DNA of 64,000 nucleotides from an uncultured delta proteobacterium (lineage in GTDB: Bacteria > Desulfobacterota > Desulfobacteria > Desulfobacterales > UBA2156), in assembly GCA_963698465.1 (NCBI GenBank), contig CAVOQY010000013.1, positions 228,559-292,558 of the forward strand. Direction: 5' to 3'. Positions 35,701 through 44,255 of the stretch are shown one piece after another. Position 1 is the stretch's first letter. Each line of letters starts with the position of its first letter. Made by a program: the position numbers and the translations under genes. The notes beneath the pieces were generated by a model. That model searched no databases. It saw only the letters and a list, made by a program, of their open reading frames with translations, and was not told the origin of the DNA.

Positions 35701-37507
35701 GAGCCCCATGCACGTTGAAGGGAAAAGCGAGGACCTGCCTGGAAACCCCGGTCTGTCCCGAGACGTAAACGCTTCTTTCCTCCGAAAAATCTTTTCGGCT
35801 CCCGGACCAGAAGAGCTGGGCGGAAAAGGATGCGGCAGCTGCGCCGGCGTCCGGAAAGAAAAGGGACGCTTCCACCATTTTTCGGATGTTGTTCAGGCCC
35901 CTCTGAAAATTGATACCGGATTGCAGCCTCTCTTCTCTTTCTATGAAATCCTCCATGTCGAGTCGGTGCTCCAGGGACAGCGTCCTGAAACCATAAGCGA
36001 CAAACCCCCTGAGATTTGTTATTCCCTTCAGGTCGAAAATTGGCTTCAGCAGCTTTTCGCTGCTCTTGCCGAACCACAGCAAAGCCCGGAAGAGAAGAAA
36101 TTCCGGTGATACCGGTTCTTCGAGGATCCATTCGTCATCGATGACGCGCCAGTTCCCGTCTTCTCCAACGACGATGTTGAAGGGCAACAGATCGACGTTT
36201 TTGCCGCCTCCGTTCGAACGGACCAACCCGGCGACGAAATCATGGTAGCTTTTCAGTTGAACTTCGAAAGGGGCCGACTCGCGGCACTGAAAAACGGCCT
36301 CCAGCCATTTTTCCGAAAGAAGGATTCCCCGGTAGTACGGCTTTTCGTGAAGGGAGTGCTTCAAGCCCGACCCCTTGCACTGGAAGACAGCCTGGGGGAC
36401 CGTGGCCTGCTTGACCACCCTGTCTAAGCCCGACGGCTTCCGGGTCAGAGTCCGGTAAGCCGGCCTCCTTCCCGAATCCGAGAAAAAGACGAAATCGTCC
36501 TGGATTACTTTACCGAGGATCTCATCGGAGGCCCCGGCTGCGATGAGAAATGAATTGGCGTAATGTGCCAGCCGACCCGAACGGTGAAGGGCCTTCCACA
36601 CGAAAAATTCATAAGCGTCCGTGCTCCAGGGACCGAGATAGTCCCTGGATTCCACCCGGTAAAGCATCGAATAGGCGAAGGGGTCGCTCTCGAGAAAGGC
36701 ATCGGACAGTATGGCCTTGGGGAGGCAGTAGTCTGGAAAAGGAAAAAGGAAGCGGCGTTTTTGAAATCCGGCTTTTTTCAAAATGCTGCCCCATTGGTCC
36801 AGGTCAAACGTTTCGCGGCCTTCTTTCTTGGGGTAGCCGTAAAGACCCGTGTAAGGGGTCCCGGAGTGCCCTTCAGCAGCTCCAAGCCAGAACTTGAGAC
36901 CGAAGCGGTTGTCTGCGGCGACGACCAGCAGACCTTTCTCCTCGAGCGCCGGTCTCACCCTGGAGAAAAATTCTACCGCAGCCGTCTCCGCATCGCCCAG
37001 GCGAAGGAAACGCCGGTTGAGGTCGTCCGCAAGGCCGAGAACAAAAATTGCACGGTAGGCCTTTTCGGGCATTTCCAGTTCCGGAAAGGGAATGCTGACG
37101 ACATTCACGTTTTCAAGGCCCCGGCACCGAAGCGCCGCGAGCCCCGCCTTGCGCGGGCAGTCCTCCACCGCGTCCACTTGGAACCCCGCCTCCCCCAGAT
37201 ACCGGGTCACCGCTCCGCATCCGCAACCCAGCTCCAGGACCGCACCCGCCCCCTTTAGATTGAGCCCCCTCACAATATTGGCTCGGCGGGGATCGAGCTG
37301 CAATCGAAGTACGGTTTCATGCTCCGGGATCCTTCTTTCCATCTCCACGGAGGAAGAACTCAGGTCCTGGACGGATTCGAGGATCTCCCGTATTTTTTCA
37401 TAAGGAAAAGCTCCGTCAGCGACCTTTTCTTCCCGTCTTTCCTCGGACATCCAGACACCGGATTCGTTTTTCACCAGGCGATGGGTTTTTAGAAGCGGAA
37501 ACGTCAC
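32777..37507 (-). CDS. Giant multidomain protein: SAM-methyltransferase + kinase-like domain (WbdD-like head) + beta-rich module + coiled coil + hydrophobic helix + 14 x 38-aa repeats + degenerate GT2-like tail
   Basis: 1576 aa. 'VLELGCGCGAVTRYL' (MTase motif I); 'VDLLPFNIVVGEDGNWRVIDDEW' (kinase-like DxxxxN..IDxE). Coiled coil at aa ~705-795; repeats at aa 838-1369 (nt ~33401-34996). The tail 'LITLIVDF..ILVFDAEDRE..GEFLLFLKQVAP' lacks the DxD motif. The GTG start overlaps the upstream stop (GTGA). Confidence 0.8.
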   Translation of the reverse strand: MTFPLLKTHRLVKNESGVWMSEERREEKVADGAFPYEKIREILESVQDLSSSSVEMERRIPEHETVLRLQLDPRRANIVRGLNLKGAGAVLELGCGCGAVTRYLGEAGFQVDAVEDCPRKAGLAALRCRGLENVNVVSIPFPELEMPEKAYRAIFVLGLADDLNRRFLRLGDAETAAVEFFSRVRPALEEKGLLVVAADNRFGLKFWLGAAEGHSGTPYTGLYGYPKKEGRETFDLDQWGSILKKAGFQKRRFLFPFPDYCLPKAILSDAFLESDPFAYSMLYRVESRDYLGPWSTDAYEFFVWKALHRSGRLAHYANSFLIAAGASDEILGKVIQDDFVFFSDSGRRPAYRTLTRKPSGLDRVVKQATVPQAVFQCKGSGLKHSLHEKPYYRGILLSEKWLEAVFQCRESAPFEVQLKSYHDFVAGLVRSNGGGKNVDLLPFNIVVGEDGNWRVIDDEWILEEPVSPEFLLFRALLWFGKSSEKLLKPIFDLKGITNLRGFVAYGFRTLSLEHRLDMEDFIEREERLQSGINFQRGLNNIRKMVEASLFFPDAGAAAASFSAQLFWSGSRKDFSEERSVYVSGQTGVSRQVLAFPFNVHGAPLAWLKLKPANRLGFFTLYSLTVKRVPETGIVEETLLRLENPKQIADSAILENVLFTRNDQGEIFSALNPEPYLLFKVTETISRPSLEGFFILEAEMDWPKTPDFILAQKALAQSLDAFSREREKYLSTLKEKEDLIQEEASEIVKEAKKIQVKDQILHQFQAQVFQEESHIIRLEAENQKLAETLESLKTHPWWRGLRAFRKGMLAVLHLLAVAGFTGAIPGCRAYRKLKKSPLFDPSYYRLRYPEVGFLKKDPLWDYIRHGATEGRNTHPLFDASYYLQHNSDVKESGIDPLQHFLENGDRENRKPSPLFDPRYYRSAVGEQMGEKENSLEHFLQKGAPGGFRPNPLFDPRYYREKNPDVALSGINPLVHFLETGALEERNPHPLFETSWYLSNGPESLEAGQNPLVHYLEKGGREGKSPSPVFDAAYYLRSNPEVAASAQNPLVHYLTEGAREGKNPNPVFDTAYYLAQCSGTLESGANPLVHYLEKGEAEGLNPGPLFGTRYYLRQNPDVAESGVNPLAHFLQAGGREGRNPCSLFDSSYYFSKNPEVSRSGQNPLVHYLEKGGREGKSPSPVFDAAYYLRSNPEVAASAQNPLVHYLTEGAREGKNPNPVFDTAYYLAQSPEALQAGENPLVHYLEKGEAEGLNPGPLFDTRYYLRQNPDVRESGVNPLAHYLEHGWKEARDPNPAFRSDYYLREALEALMEGQNPLVHFIEVGAGQGKNPCSFFDTLYYMSQNPEAASPPSNPLAHYLQYGIPAKKKPNPLLDRFIHQPLITLIVDFRGLSRAQAQEFLDSLCLQIYRNWESILVFDAEDREELGPVAESAQEKDARIRGCPAEKGEPLPEALNRALSTASGEFLLFLKQVAPRMEALFEYVRLVNRYPDVDLLFCDQQIPGVEGVRVEDSLFAEPMLEVNHEVGPFILFRKAVADRVGGLKREHTGPWDFDFLLNCIRTSFHGKFPRLSMKLFDRVY
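33672..34491 (-). repeat. Tandem 456-bp coding repeat (four 38-aa units), about 1.8 copies
   Basis: 33841-34035 is identical to 34297-34491 (195 nt), with high similarity across the rest of the unit. Also visible as shared antisense ORF text at 33716..34039 and 34121..34567. Confidence 0.9.
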
Positions 37508-38394
37508 GCAACCATCCTTCCGGTCTTTCCCGCCATCCCGTCAAATACGCCCTTGAGGATGACTTGCGTCACGTCGAGGCGGTTTTGGAGAAGCGTCGAC
37601 AGCGCATGCCTGAAGTGGCGGTAAACCCAGACCGGGTAAAGCAGCAGTCTTAAGCCCTTGTAAAATTTTCTCACATAGAGGTACCGGTTCCGGATGGTGT
37701 AGTAGGCATAGAGTTTTTCCCGGTCCTTGGACGGGTTGTGCAGATGATGCGCCGCTTTTGATAGAGGGTCGATGACGACACGCGAGTTTCTTTTCCCGTC
37801 CGTATTTTCCGACCGGATTCTCTTGCAGAAATCGGCGATTTCCCCGCTGAAAAAATACCGCTCGTCGAGCATCCCTACGCTGCTGAAAACATCGGACTTG
37901 ACCAGCATCGCCGTCCCCGAAACATAGTCCACATCATAGATTTCCTGAGGGTCCTGGGGCTCCTGCAAATGGGTATGGTAATGCCAGGCGATATCCCTGC
38001 CGCCGGCATTCACGAGCCGGCCGGTGTCCCCGTCGTAAAGCAGAGGCCCGATGACGGCAATGTCCGGGTTATCTGCAAGGCTTCCGGTCATCTGCGAGAC
38101 GTCTTTTTCCTCGATGACGGCGTCGTTGTTCAAAAGCAAAACCGCCTCCGCCTTTTTCTTCAAGGCCGCCCGGATGCCGACGTTGCTTCCCCCGGAAAAA
38201 CCGAGGTTTTCACCATTTTGAATCAGTAAAACCTCGCCTGGAAGGCTTCTCAATTTGCGCCGCTCCTCTTCCCTGGAGTTGTTGTCCACCACCACGAGGA
38301 TCGGCTGAAGGCCGGACCACCGGCGTAGATTCGCGACGCAGGAGAGGGTCTCCTCCGAAGCGTTCCAGTTGAGGATGACGACGGCAAGCTTCAT
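37504..38394 (-). CDS. GT2 glycosyltransferase (rhamnosyltransferase-like)
   Basis: 296 aa; 'LAVVILNWNASEETL', 'LVVVDNNSREE', 'NLGFSGGSNVG', 'LLLNNDAV'. ATGA overlap with the upstream gene. Confidence 0.85.
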   Translation of the reverse strand: MKLAVVILNWNASEETLSCVANLRRWSGLQPILVVVDNNSREEERRKLRSLPGEVLLIQNGENLGFSGGSNVGIRAALKKKAEAVLLLNNDAVIEEKDVSQMTGSLADNPDIAVIGPLLYDGDTGRLVNAGGRDIAWHYHTHLQEPQDPQEIYDVDYVSGTAMLVKSDVFSSVGMLDERYFFSGEIADFCKRIRSENTDGKRNSRVVIDPLSKAAHHLHNPSKDREKLYAYYTIRNRYLYVRKFYKGLRLLLYPVWVYRHFRHALSTLLQNRLDVTQVILKGVFDGMAGKTGRMVA

Positions 38395-40484
38395 GCCTTC
38401 TCCAGGATAAGGATGTCCTGGCCATGAATTTCCGAAGCCCGGGTGCTCCAGTTCCCGAAATGGATGGGACCCGCGATCCTGAGACGTGCCTGTCCGATCA
38501 TTTCTTTCAGATAGGCTTCCTCGTAGGCGATGGCCGCTTCGGGGTTTTCCTCCACCATGACGCCGTACCTGTCGTCGGTTTTCTTGAAATCAAACGCTCC
38601 GTTTGCCATGTTCTTCCGCGAATCCTCGTTGAGCACGAAAGCCGACACCAAAGCCCTGCCGGTCCCGTTTTTAAGAACCCGGCGGATTTCATGCAGGTAG
38701 TTGAGGCAGGCTTCGGGCAGCATGTGGGTGAACACGGAGGTGGCGAAGGCAACGTCGAACGCTTCGTCGGGATAGGGAAACTTGAAATCCACGGCCAAGA
38801 GGGTTCCCTTGGGGTTGTATTCCTTACTGTAGATGTCTGCGTGTTTGAAGGTGAAACTGGGGTGAAGCCTGGATATCTTGTGGCGGCACCACCGGATTCC
38901 TTTGTTCACGATGTCGAATCCCTCGTACCGGCCCTTTCCTTTTATAAAGCCCGTGAAATGGATGGCCACCCTCCCGATCCCGCAGCCGATATCGAGCAGC
39001 GCCTCGTCGCCCTTGAGTATGCAGAACCGGAGAATGAGGTCGTGATACATTTTACCGGTTGCAAAAAATTCGGCGCTTCCCACAAAATTGAAGCGCGGCG
39101 GCGGGACCAGGCTCTTCTTGGCATAACAGTGGTAGAGAAACAGGAGCTCGTTAAGCATGCTGGACTCCTGGTTTCTCAGGACCGCGGCCGAGGTCCGGTT
39201 CATCCGGCCGAATACCCACCTCAGGGGATAGGAGAGTTTCCATGACGTGGAGCGGACGACCTCTTCGTACCTCGCTTCGCTCTTTTCGAGGTCTCTGCGA
39301 AGCCCGGCGAGCTGCTGCTCTGCAAGGCGAATCCTCCCGATTTCATTTTTCAATCGCTCGAGCTCTCCCCTGTTCCGGGCGATCGCTTCTGCCTGAAAAT
39401 CGAGGATCCGCTCGAAAGCGTTTTTCCCAATGGCGATGTAATCGAGGTCCACGCAAAGGCCCTGAATCTCGCCTTCCGGAACCTCCAGATGAATCTGGGG
39501 GTCACGCGTGGAAAAGATGAAATCCGGCCCTTCCCGGTGGATGGCATTGTCGCCCAGGGGTTTCACCCGGACCCTGGACCCGTCCCGAAGCGTCGCTTCG
39601 ATGCGGCCGATGCGCACCAGGCAGGCGTCGTTGATGGGGTCGAACCTCAGGCCTCTAATTTGTTCGAAGTCGGAAACATCGAACTCCACGCGCTTTTCTT
39701 CCCTGAACACGACCCGGGATATCACCTGCCTGTCGTTGAATCCCGAACCGGTGTCCACATAAAGCTGGGACACTTTCGGGACGATATAGATTTCCGCGCA
39801 GTCCCTGAACAGGGACCTGTGGTTGAAAATGACGTTTTTGATCATGAAAAACTGGTTTTCTTCCGAGATGGTGCTGAGCATGGAGGCCTTCCGGATCCGG
39901 TAGAAAAAAAGGGTCTTGGGGATCCGGTGGACCTTCAGCCCCATTTCGAGCAGGGAAAGCCAGAAATCCCAGTCCTCCAGGCCGTAGACCATGTTTTCGT
40001 TGTACCCGCCGACCTGCTCCCAGTGCTTTTTTCGAAACAGGGCCGAACAGAAGATGATGTTTTTTTTCAGGATGCGCTCCATGGAAAAAACCGGCAGATC
40101 CACGAGCCCGTCCCGTTCCCCGAAGTAAGCGGCCTGGCAGTAGACGACGCCGATCCCGGCGTTTCTGTCCAGGATGGGGACGGCTTCTTCCAGATACTCC
40201 TTCCCGATCTTGTCGTCCGCGTCCAGGGGAAGAATGTATTCCCCCGCCGACGCCCGGATCCCGTTGTTTCTGGCACTGGCGAGCCCGGCGTTTTCGGTGT
40301 GGATGACTTTCGTTTTTGGCCTGTCGAGTTGCGCCAGGAGGTTTTTCGTTTCCGGATCGTCGGAGCCGTCGTCGACAATGACGATTTCAAAGTCCGCGAA
40401 GGTCTGGTTCAAGACGGAATCCACCGCCTCTCCAAGGTACTTTCCGTGGTTGTAGCAGGGAATGACGACGCTGACTTTCGGCAT
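38391..40484 (-). CDS. Bifunctional GT2 glycosyltransferase / SAM-methyltransferase with a central beta-rich module and coiled coil
   Basis: 697 aa; 'VSVVIPCYNHGKYL', 'IVIVDDGSDD', 'LPLDADD', 'EDWDFW'. Module at aa ~238-352, coiled coil at ~355-410, then 'STSWKLSYPLR'. C-terminal 'LLDIGCGIGRVAIHF'. Confidence 0.85.
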   Translation of the reverse strand: MPKVSVVIPCYNHGKYLGEAVDSVLNQTFADFEIVIVDDGSDDPETKNLLAQLDRPKTKVIHTENAGLASARNNGIRASAGEYILPLDADDKIGKEYLEEAVPILDRNAGIGVVYCQAAYFGERDGLVDLPVFSMERILKKNIIFCSALFRKKHWEQVGGYNENMVYGLEDWDFWLSLLEMGLKVHRIPKTLFFYRIRKASMLSTISEENQFFMIKNVIFNHRSLFRDCAEIYIVPKVSQLYVDTGSGFNDRQVISRVVFREEKRVEFDVSDFEQIRGLRFDPINDACLVRIGRIEATLRDGSRVRVKPLGDNAIHREGPDFIFSTRDPQIHLEVPEGEIQGLCVDLDYIAIGKNAFERILDFQAEAIARNRGELERLKNEIGRIRLAEQQLAGLRRDLEKSEARYEEVVRSTSWKLSYPLRWVFGRMNRTSAAVLRNQESSMLNELLFLYHCYAKKSLVPPPRFNFVGSAEFFATGKMYHDLILRFCILKGDEALLDIGCGIGRVAIHFTGFIKGKGRYEGFDIVNKGIRWCRHKISRLHPSFTFKHADIYSKEYNPKGTLLAVDFKFPYPDEAFDVAFATSVFTHMLPEACLNYLHEIRRVLKNGTGRALVSAFVLNEDSRKNMANGAFDFKKTDDRYGVMVEENPEAAIAYEEAYLKEMIGQARLRIAGPIHFGNWSTRASEIHGQDILILEKA

Positions 40485-40493
40485 TCGGAAGCC

Positions 40494-43400
40494 CTACCCT
40501 TTCAAGGCCCGATCTCTTTCGGTAGAAACCGTTTCGCAGGCCCGTAAATCGGCAAGAATTTCGTCCAGAGCCTTTTTGTGGGGAATGAACTTCAGGTCGA
40601 TCTCCACTCGGATTTCAGCCGGCAGCGAGTGGGAGCCATCGATTTGGACGAGTGGGACCAGGATCTGCGGGTCGGCTCCCGTGGATTCGATTGCAAAAAA
40701 GCGCCCCGCATGGATTGCCGAGGCGGTACCGCCGGAGGTCAGCCCGTTCCATCCCGAATCCGGGCCGAACCGGGCGAGCGCCCGCTCATGGGAGCCATCG
40801 GCGACCTCGATCCGCCCCACGAAGACGACTCCGTCCCACATGCACGGGTCCACGCGCAGATGCAGGCTCCCCGCATCGGCGTGCAGTTTGACACCAATGG
40901 AAACCCACTCGCCGCTTCGGTATTCGTTTTTCAGGGACTTTGCTTCCGAATAACCGTCTCCCTGGTGCCAGTAAACCTGGCAGCTTTGCAGAGTGGGTGC
41001 GTTTTCCATTTCGAAGAAAAGCCGGATGTCGTTTTCGCAATTTCGGTAAAGATAAGCCGAGGCCTCCGAGAGGTAGGCGCGGTTCGGCCATCGGCGTCCT
41101 TTGATCTTTCGAAGAGCTTTTTCGAACCGGTCCGATGCGCGGTCCCAGTCCGGCCATCCGGACGCGGTGGCCCTGGCCCCTTCTTTGAGGCGCTCCAGGA
41201 TGTCCGGGCTGCGCTTGAGCAGGTTCAGGTGATGCACCACCCCCGCCTCGTCCCCGGCGGGCAGAACGAAGCTGTTGACGTTGTGACGGATGTACTCTTC
41301 GTGGCCGGTGACGTCGTAAACGATGGCCGTCCCGCCGCAGTGAAACATCTCCAGCGGGGGCCCGAACATCCCCTCCACGGTGCTCAGTTTCAGGAGCACG
41401 TCGCAGGAACGGTAGACAGGCGCCGTCTCGCGAATGGGAACCCTTGAAAAAATCCGGCTGACGCCTTCGATGGGGCCGGTCTCGGTCGGCGTGAGGAGCC
41501 ACACGTCGTCTGCCTCGGACTCCCTGGCCAGGGCTAACGCCTTTTCCACGTTCTTGAAGGGAACTCCCATCGGGCCTTCCACAAGGACCCTGAGCTTCCC
41601 CTTTTCCCTGGGCCTGATCGCGTCCCCAGCTTCCGTGTAAAGATCCTTCCGGACCCCATTTCGGACGACGAAAGGCTCGATGCCGAATTTTTCGTTGAGG
41701 TAATCCCGGATCCATCCGGCCTCGGTGATCACCGGAAGCGGCAAGAGATAAGTGCTTTCCACCAGGCGGCGGTAGGCCCTTTCCTCGGCAGTGGCGGTTT
41801 CTTGGCCGGGAAAAAACCGGGACTCGACGCTCTGGACGAAATAGAGATAGGTCTGCGCCCGCACCCGGTTCAGCAGAAGGGCACTCTGCCACCAAGTGGC
41901 GATAGCGAAGTCAAAACGCTCCTGAACCGCTTCGTCCAGGGTAAGCCACTCGAGGGTGCCGGCTTCCGGGTGCCATGAATAGCGTTCAGGCTGGACCTGC
42001 TCCCGGGTCAAGATGAAAACCTTGTAACCCTTTTTATTCAGCCGCACGGCATGTTCGAAGATCACGTAGGTCCCGCCGCTGATTTCGGGCACCCCCAGGA
42101 AAAAGGCGATTTTAATGCCTCTTTTGAAATTCAACCGGCTCAGCGCCCTGAAAAGCCTTTCCCCCGTGAAACGGAATACGGGCGGGCTTTCGGGAAACGC
42201 CTTTCGGTGGCGGTTTTCCCCGAAGAAACGCGCCGCGAACCCGATGCCGAGCCTATCCAGGAGGACCGGGTGCCAGATTCCTTTTTCCGATAACAACTTG
42301 GGCTCCTGGAGGACCTGCTTAAAATGGCTCCATCGCCTTTCTAGGGAAAGCGGATTGCGGCCCTCGAACCGCGTGAACTCGAAGACCCCGAAATTTTCCC
42401 GATGGTAAAGCCCCTTGAAAAACAGGGTTTCCCCGCGCGTCGGGCGGAACACCATCCGCGCGTGCTGCTGGGCATACCAACGGTCATCGGGCTCGAGGCA
42501 CTGCGTTACGCACGCCATGCGGTTGATTTCTCCGAAGACCTCTGCGATACGGGCCTGGACAGGCTGAATCTTTTCCCGGTAAAGCGCCCTTTCCTCGGGG
42601 GTATCCGAAAGCAGGACCCTCACCTCACTGCCCGCCCGGCCGTCTCCTGCCCCCTCCTCGTAGCCGTCCGCGCTTCCGTGGGTAGCGCCGAGGAGCATCT
42701 CGAAAAGGGACGTGTTGCTCCTGTAAACCTCGAAAAAGGGCGTCGGCCGCGGCGCGTTGGCAAACAGGATTCCCTTCTTGCTGTTGAGCGGCGTTACGGA
42801 TGTCGGGTTGAGAAGTCCGATGTAGTATCCCCGGATCCTCACCTTTCCGTCCAGAATGTGAAAAAGGTTGTCCTGGATGGACCCCTTCCATCCCACGTCC
42901 ACAATGGTGAGGCATTTTTCATAAAAATCCGTGCCGAAGGATTCCAGGTATCTCAAAAAAACATTCTTCTGCCGGGTCCGCTTCGACTCGTAAAGGCGCC
43001 GGAAGGGTCCGTATTCGAGGAGGGATTGGAACTGAGGGCTGTTTTGAAAATCCGGTACCCTGTCGCCTGGCCCGATGGAAAGTCCCCCGCAGATGCCCTC
43101 GGCCTCTTCATCGGTGAAACTGAGGCTTAGCATGAATTCCCGGGGGGATATGTGCCGGTACTGCTGAAAGATCCCGTTGAAGCTTTCTTGGGCAAGCGGC
43201 TTCAATGAGCAAAGATAGGTGGATTTCCGGGAAACCAGAAGATAATGGGACGCGATGACGCTTTTGCCAAACCTTTCTTCCTGGAACCGGTCGAACAGGG
43301 CCTTTAAAAACTCCCCTTCCTTGGAAAAAAAACAGATCCGGTCAATTTTCTCGCGGGCAAGTTCCCGAAACAGGAGAAAGACGAACCGGTAAAGGGTGAG

Positions 43401-44255
43401 CCCCATTTCGGGGAAAATGCTTCCGCCCAGCCTGGAGGCAAAGGAAGACATTTTCTCGGCGATTTCTTGAGGCGAAAGCGGTTCTACCTTTCGTGCGGGT
43501 GCATCGGTGCCGCGGGTTTCCACCCGTTTCGGGGGGACCTGAAAGGTCAGGATCCCTTTTTCCCGGGCCATCCGGATATCCGAGTGCGCGTTGTCCCCTA
43601 CCATGAGCATCTTCTCGGGCGGACACCCGTAATGCTCTATCATCTTGTCGTAGAGCCGCCCCGATGATTTTTTCAGCCCAAAGTCCGCGGAAATGAAGAG
43701 CTGTTCCACATGGCCCGACATCCCGTGACAATCCAAAAATGAACCGAAATGGGCTGCAGGAACGTAGAAATCCGAAACAACCGCGATGCGGGCCTTGTTT
43801 TGGGATACAAAGACCAGCAGGTTTTTCACCTCCGGGTTGACCCGCTGAAGCAGTTTCTCGGTTGCAAGCTCTATGTCCAAGATCCGTCTGGAAAAATCAT
43901 TTTCCTGAAGGTCCCCTGGGAAATGGGGATATTCTTCCTTCATAAGGGCATGAAAGGCTAAAGCAAATTCCAGGAAGTTGAATTCCGGGTCGTTTCCTTT
44001 TTCGGCGTTTTCACGGCAAAGTTTTGCTTCCAGGTCCCTTCTGAGTTGGTAAATCATCTCCCCCGCGATTTCCCGGCCCAGAAGCGTCCCGAGCTGCCTG
44101 GAGGCGATCTTTTTGGTGGTCTCGGGTTCTACGGTCCGGGTCACCAGGGTGTCGAAAAAATCGAAGCAAAAAACTTCGATTCCCGGATATGCACTGACGA
44201 ACCGGGAAAAGGCGTCTATGAGTTTTGAGGAATCGATGGGGCTATCTGTTTCCAA
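40494..44255 (-). CDS. Giant protein: HAD-superfamily hydrolase domain + uncharacterised region + GT4-like (GT-B) domain + C-terminal beta-rich module
   Basis: 1253 aa. HAD motifs 'VFCFDFFDTLVTR', 'VVSDFY', 'LMVGDNAHSDI'. 'TIVDVGWKGSIQDN'. GT-B part 'GVPEISGGTYVIFEHAVRLNKKGYKV', 'STVEGMFGPPLEMFHCGGTAIV'. TTG start gives a 14-nt overlap with the upstream gene. Confidence 0.75.
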   Translation of the reverse strand: METDSPIDSSKLIDAFSRFVSAYPGIEVFCFDFFDTLVTRTVEPETTKKIASRQLGTLLGREIAGEMIYQLRRDLEAKLCRENAEKGNDPEFNFLEFALAFHALMKEEYPHFPGDLQENDFSRRILDIELATEKLLQRVNPEVKNLLVFVSQNKARIAVVSDFYVPAAHFGSFLDCHGMSGHVEQLFISADFGLKKSSGRLYDKMIEHYGCPPEKMLMVGDNAHSDIRMAREKGILTFQVPPKRVETRGTDAPARKVEPLSPQEIAEKMSSFASRLGGSIFPEMGLTLYRFVFLLFRELAREKIDRICFFSKEGEFLKALFDRFQEERFGKSVIASHYLLVSRKSTYLCSLKPLAQESFNGIFQQYRHISPREFMLSLSFTDEEAEGICGGLSIGPGDRVPDFQNSPQFQSLLEYGPFRRLYESKRTRQKNVFLRYLESFGTDFYEKCLTIVDVGWKGSIQDNLFHILDGKVRIRGYYIGLLNPTSVTPLNSKKGILFANAPRPTPFFEVYRSNTSLFEMLLGATHGSADGYEEGAGDGRAGSEVRVLLSDTPEERALYREKIQPVQARIAEVFGEINRMACVTQCLEPDDRWYAQQHARMVFRPTRGETLFFKGLYHRENFGVFEFTRFEGRNPLSLERRWSHFKQVLQEPKLLSEKGIWHPVLLDRLGIGFAARFFGENRHRKAFPESPPVFRFTGERLFRALSRLNFKRGIKIAFFLGVPEISGGTYVIFEHAVRLNKKGYKVFILTREQVQPERYSWHPEAGTLEWLTLDEAVQERFDFAIATWWQSALLLNRVRAQTYLYFVQSVESRFFPGQETATAEERAYRRLVESTYLLPLPVITEAGWIRDYLNEKFGIEPFVVRNGVRKDLYTEAGDAIRPREKGKLRVLVEGPMGVPFKNVEKALALARESEADDVWLLTPTETGPIEGVSRIFSRVPIRETAPVYRSCDVLLKLSTVEGMFGPPLEMFHCGGTAIVYDVTGHEEYIRHNVNSFVLPAGDEAGVVHHLNLLKRSPDILERLKEGARATASGWPDWDRASDRFEKALRKIKGRRWPNRAYLSEASAYLYRNCENDIRLFFEMENAPTLQSCQVYWHQGDGYSEAKSLKNEYRSGEWVSIGVKLHADAGSLHLRVDPCMWDGVVFVGRIEVADGSHERALARFGPDSGWNGLTSGGTASAIHAGRFFAIESTGADPQILVPLVQIDGSHSLPAEIRVEIDLKFIPHKKALDEILADLRACETVSTERDRALKG

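Noticed and set aside
38424-40547. Plus-strand ORFs of 273 aa (38424..39245) and 352 aa (39489..40547)
   Set aside because: They are antisense to the GT2-methyltransferase gene (38391..40484). Composition is biased (G/V/D/P/R-rich) and they have no motifs.
40786-41895. 369-aa minus-strand ORF rich in R/G/P
   Set aside because: It is an alternative frame inside the 1253-aa HAD-GT4 gene. The main frame has HAD and GT-B motifs, and this one is low complexity.
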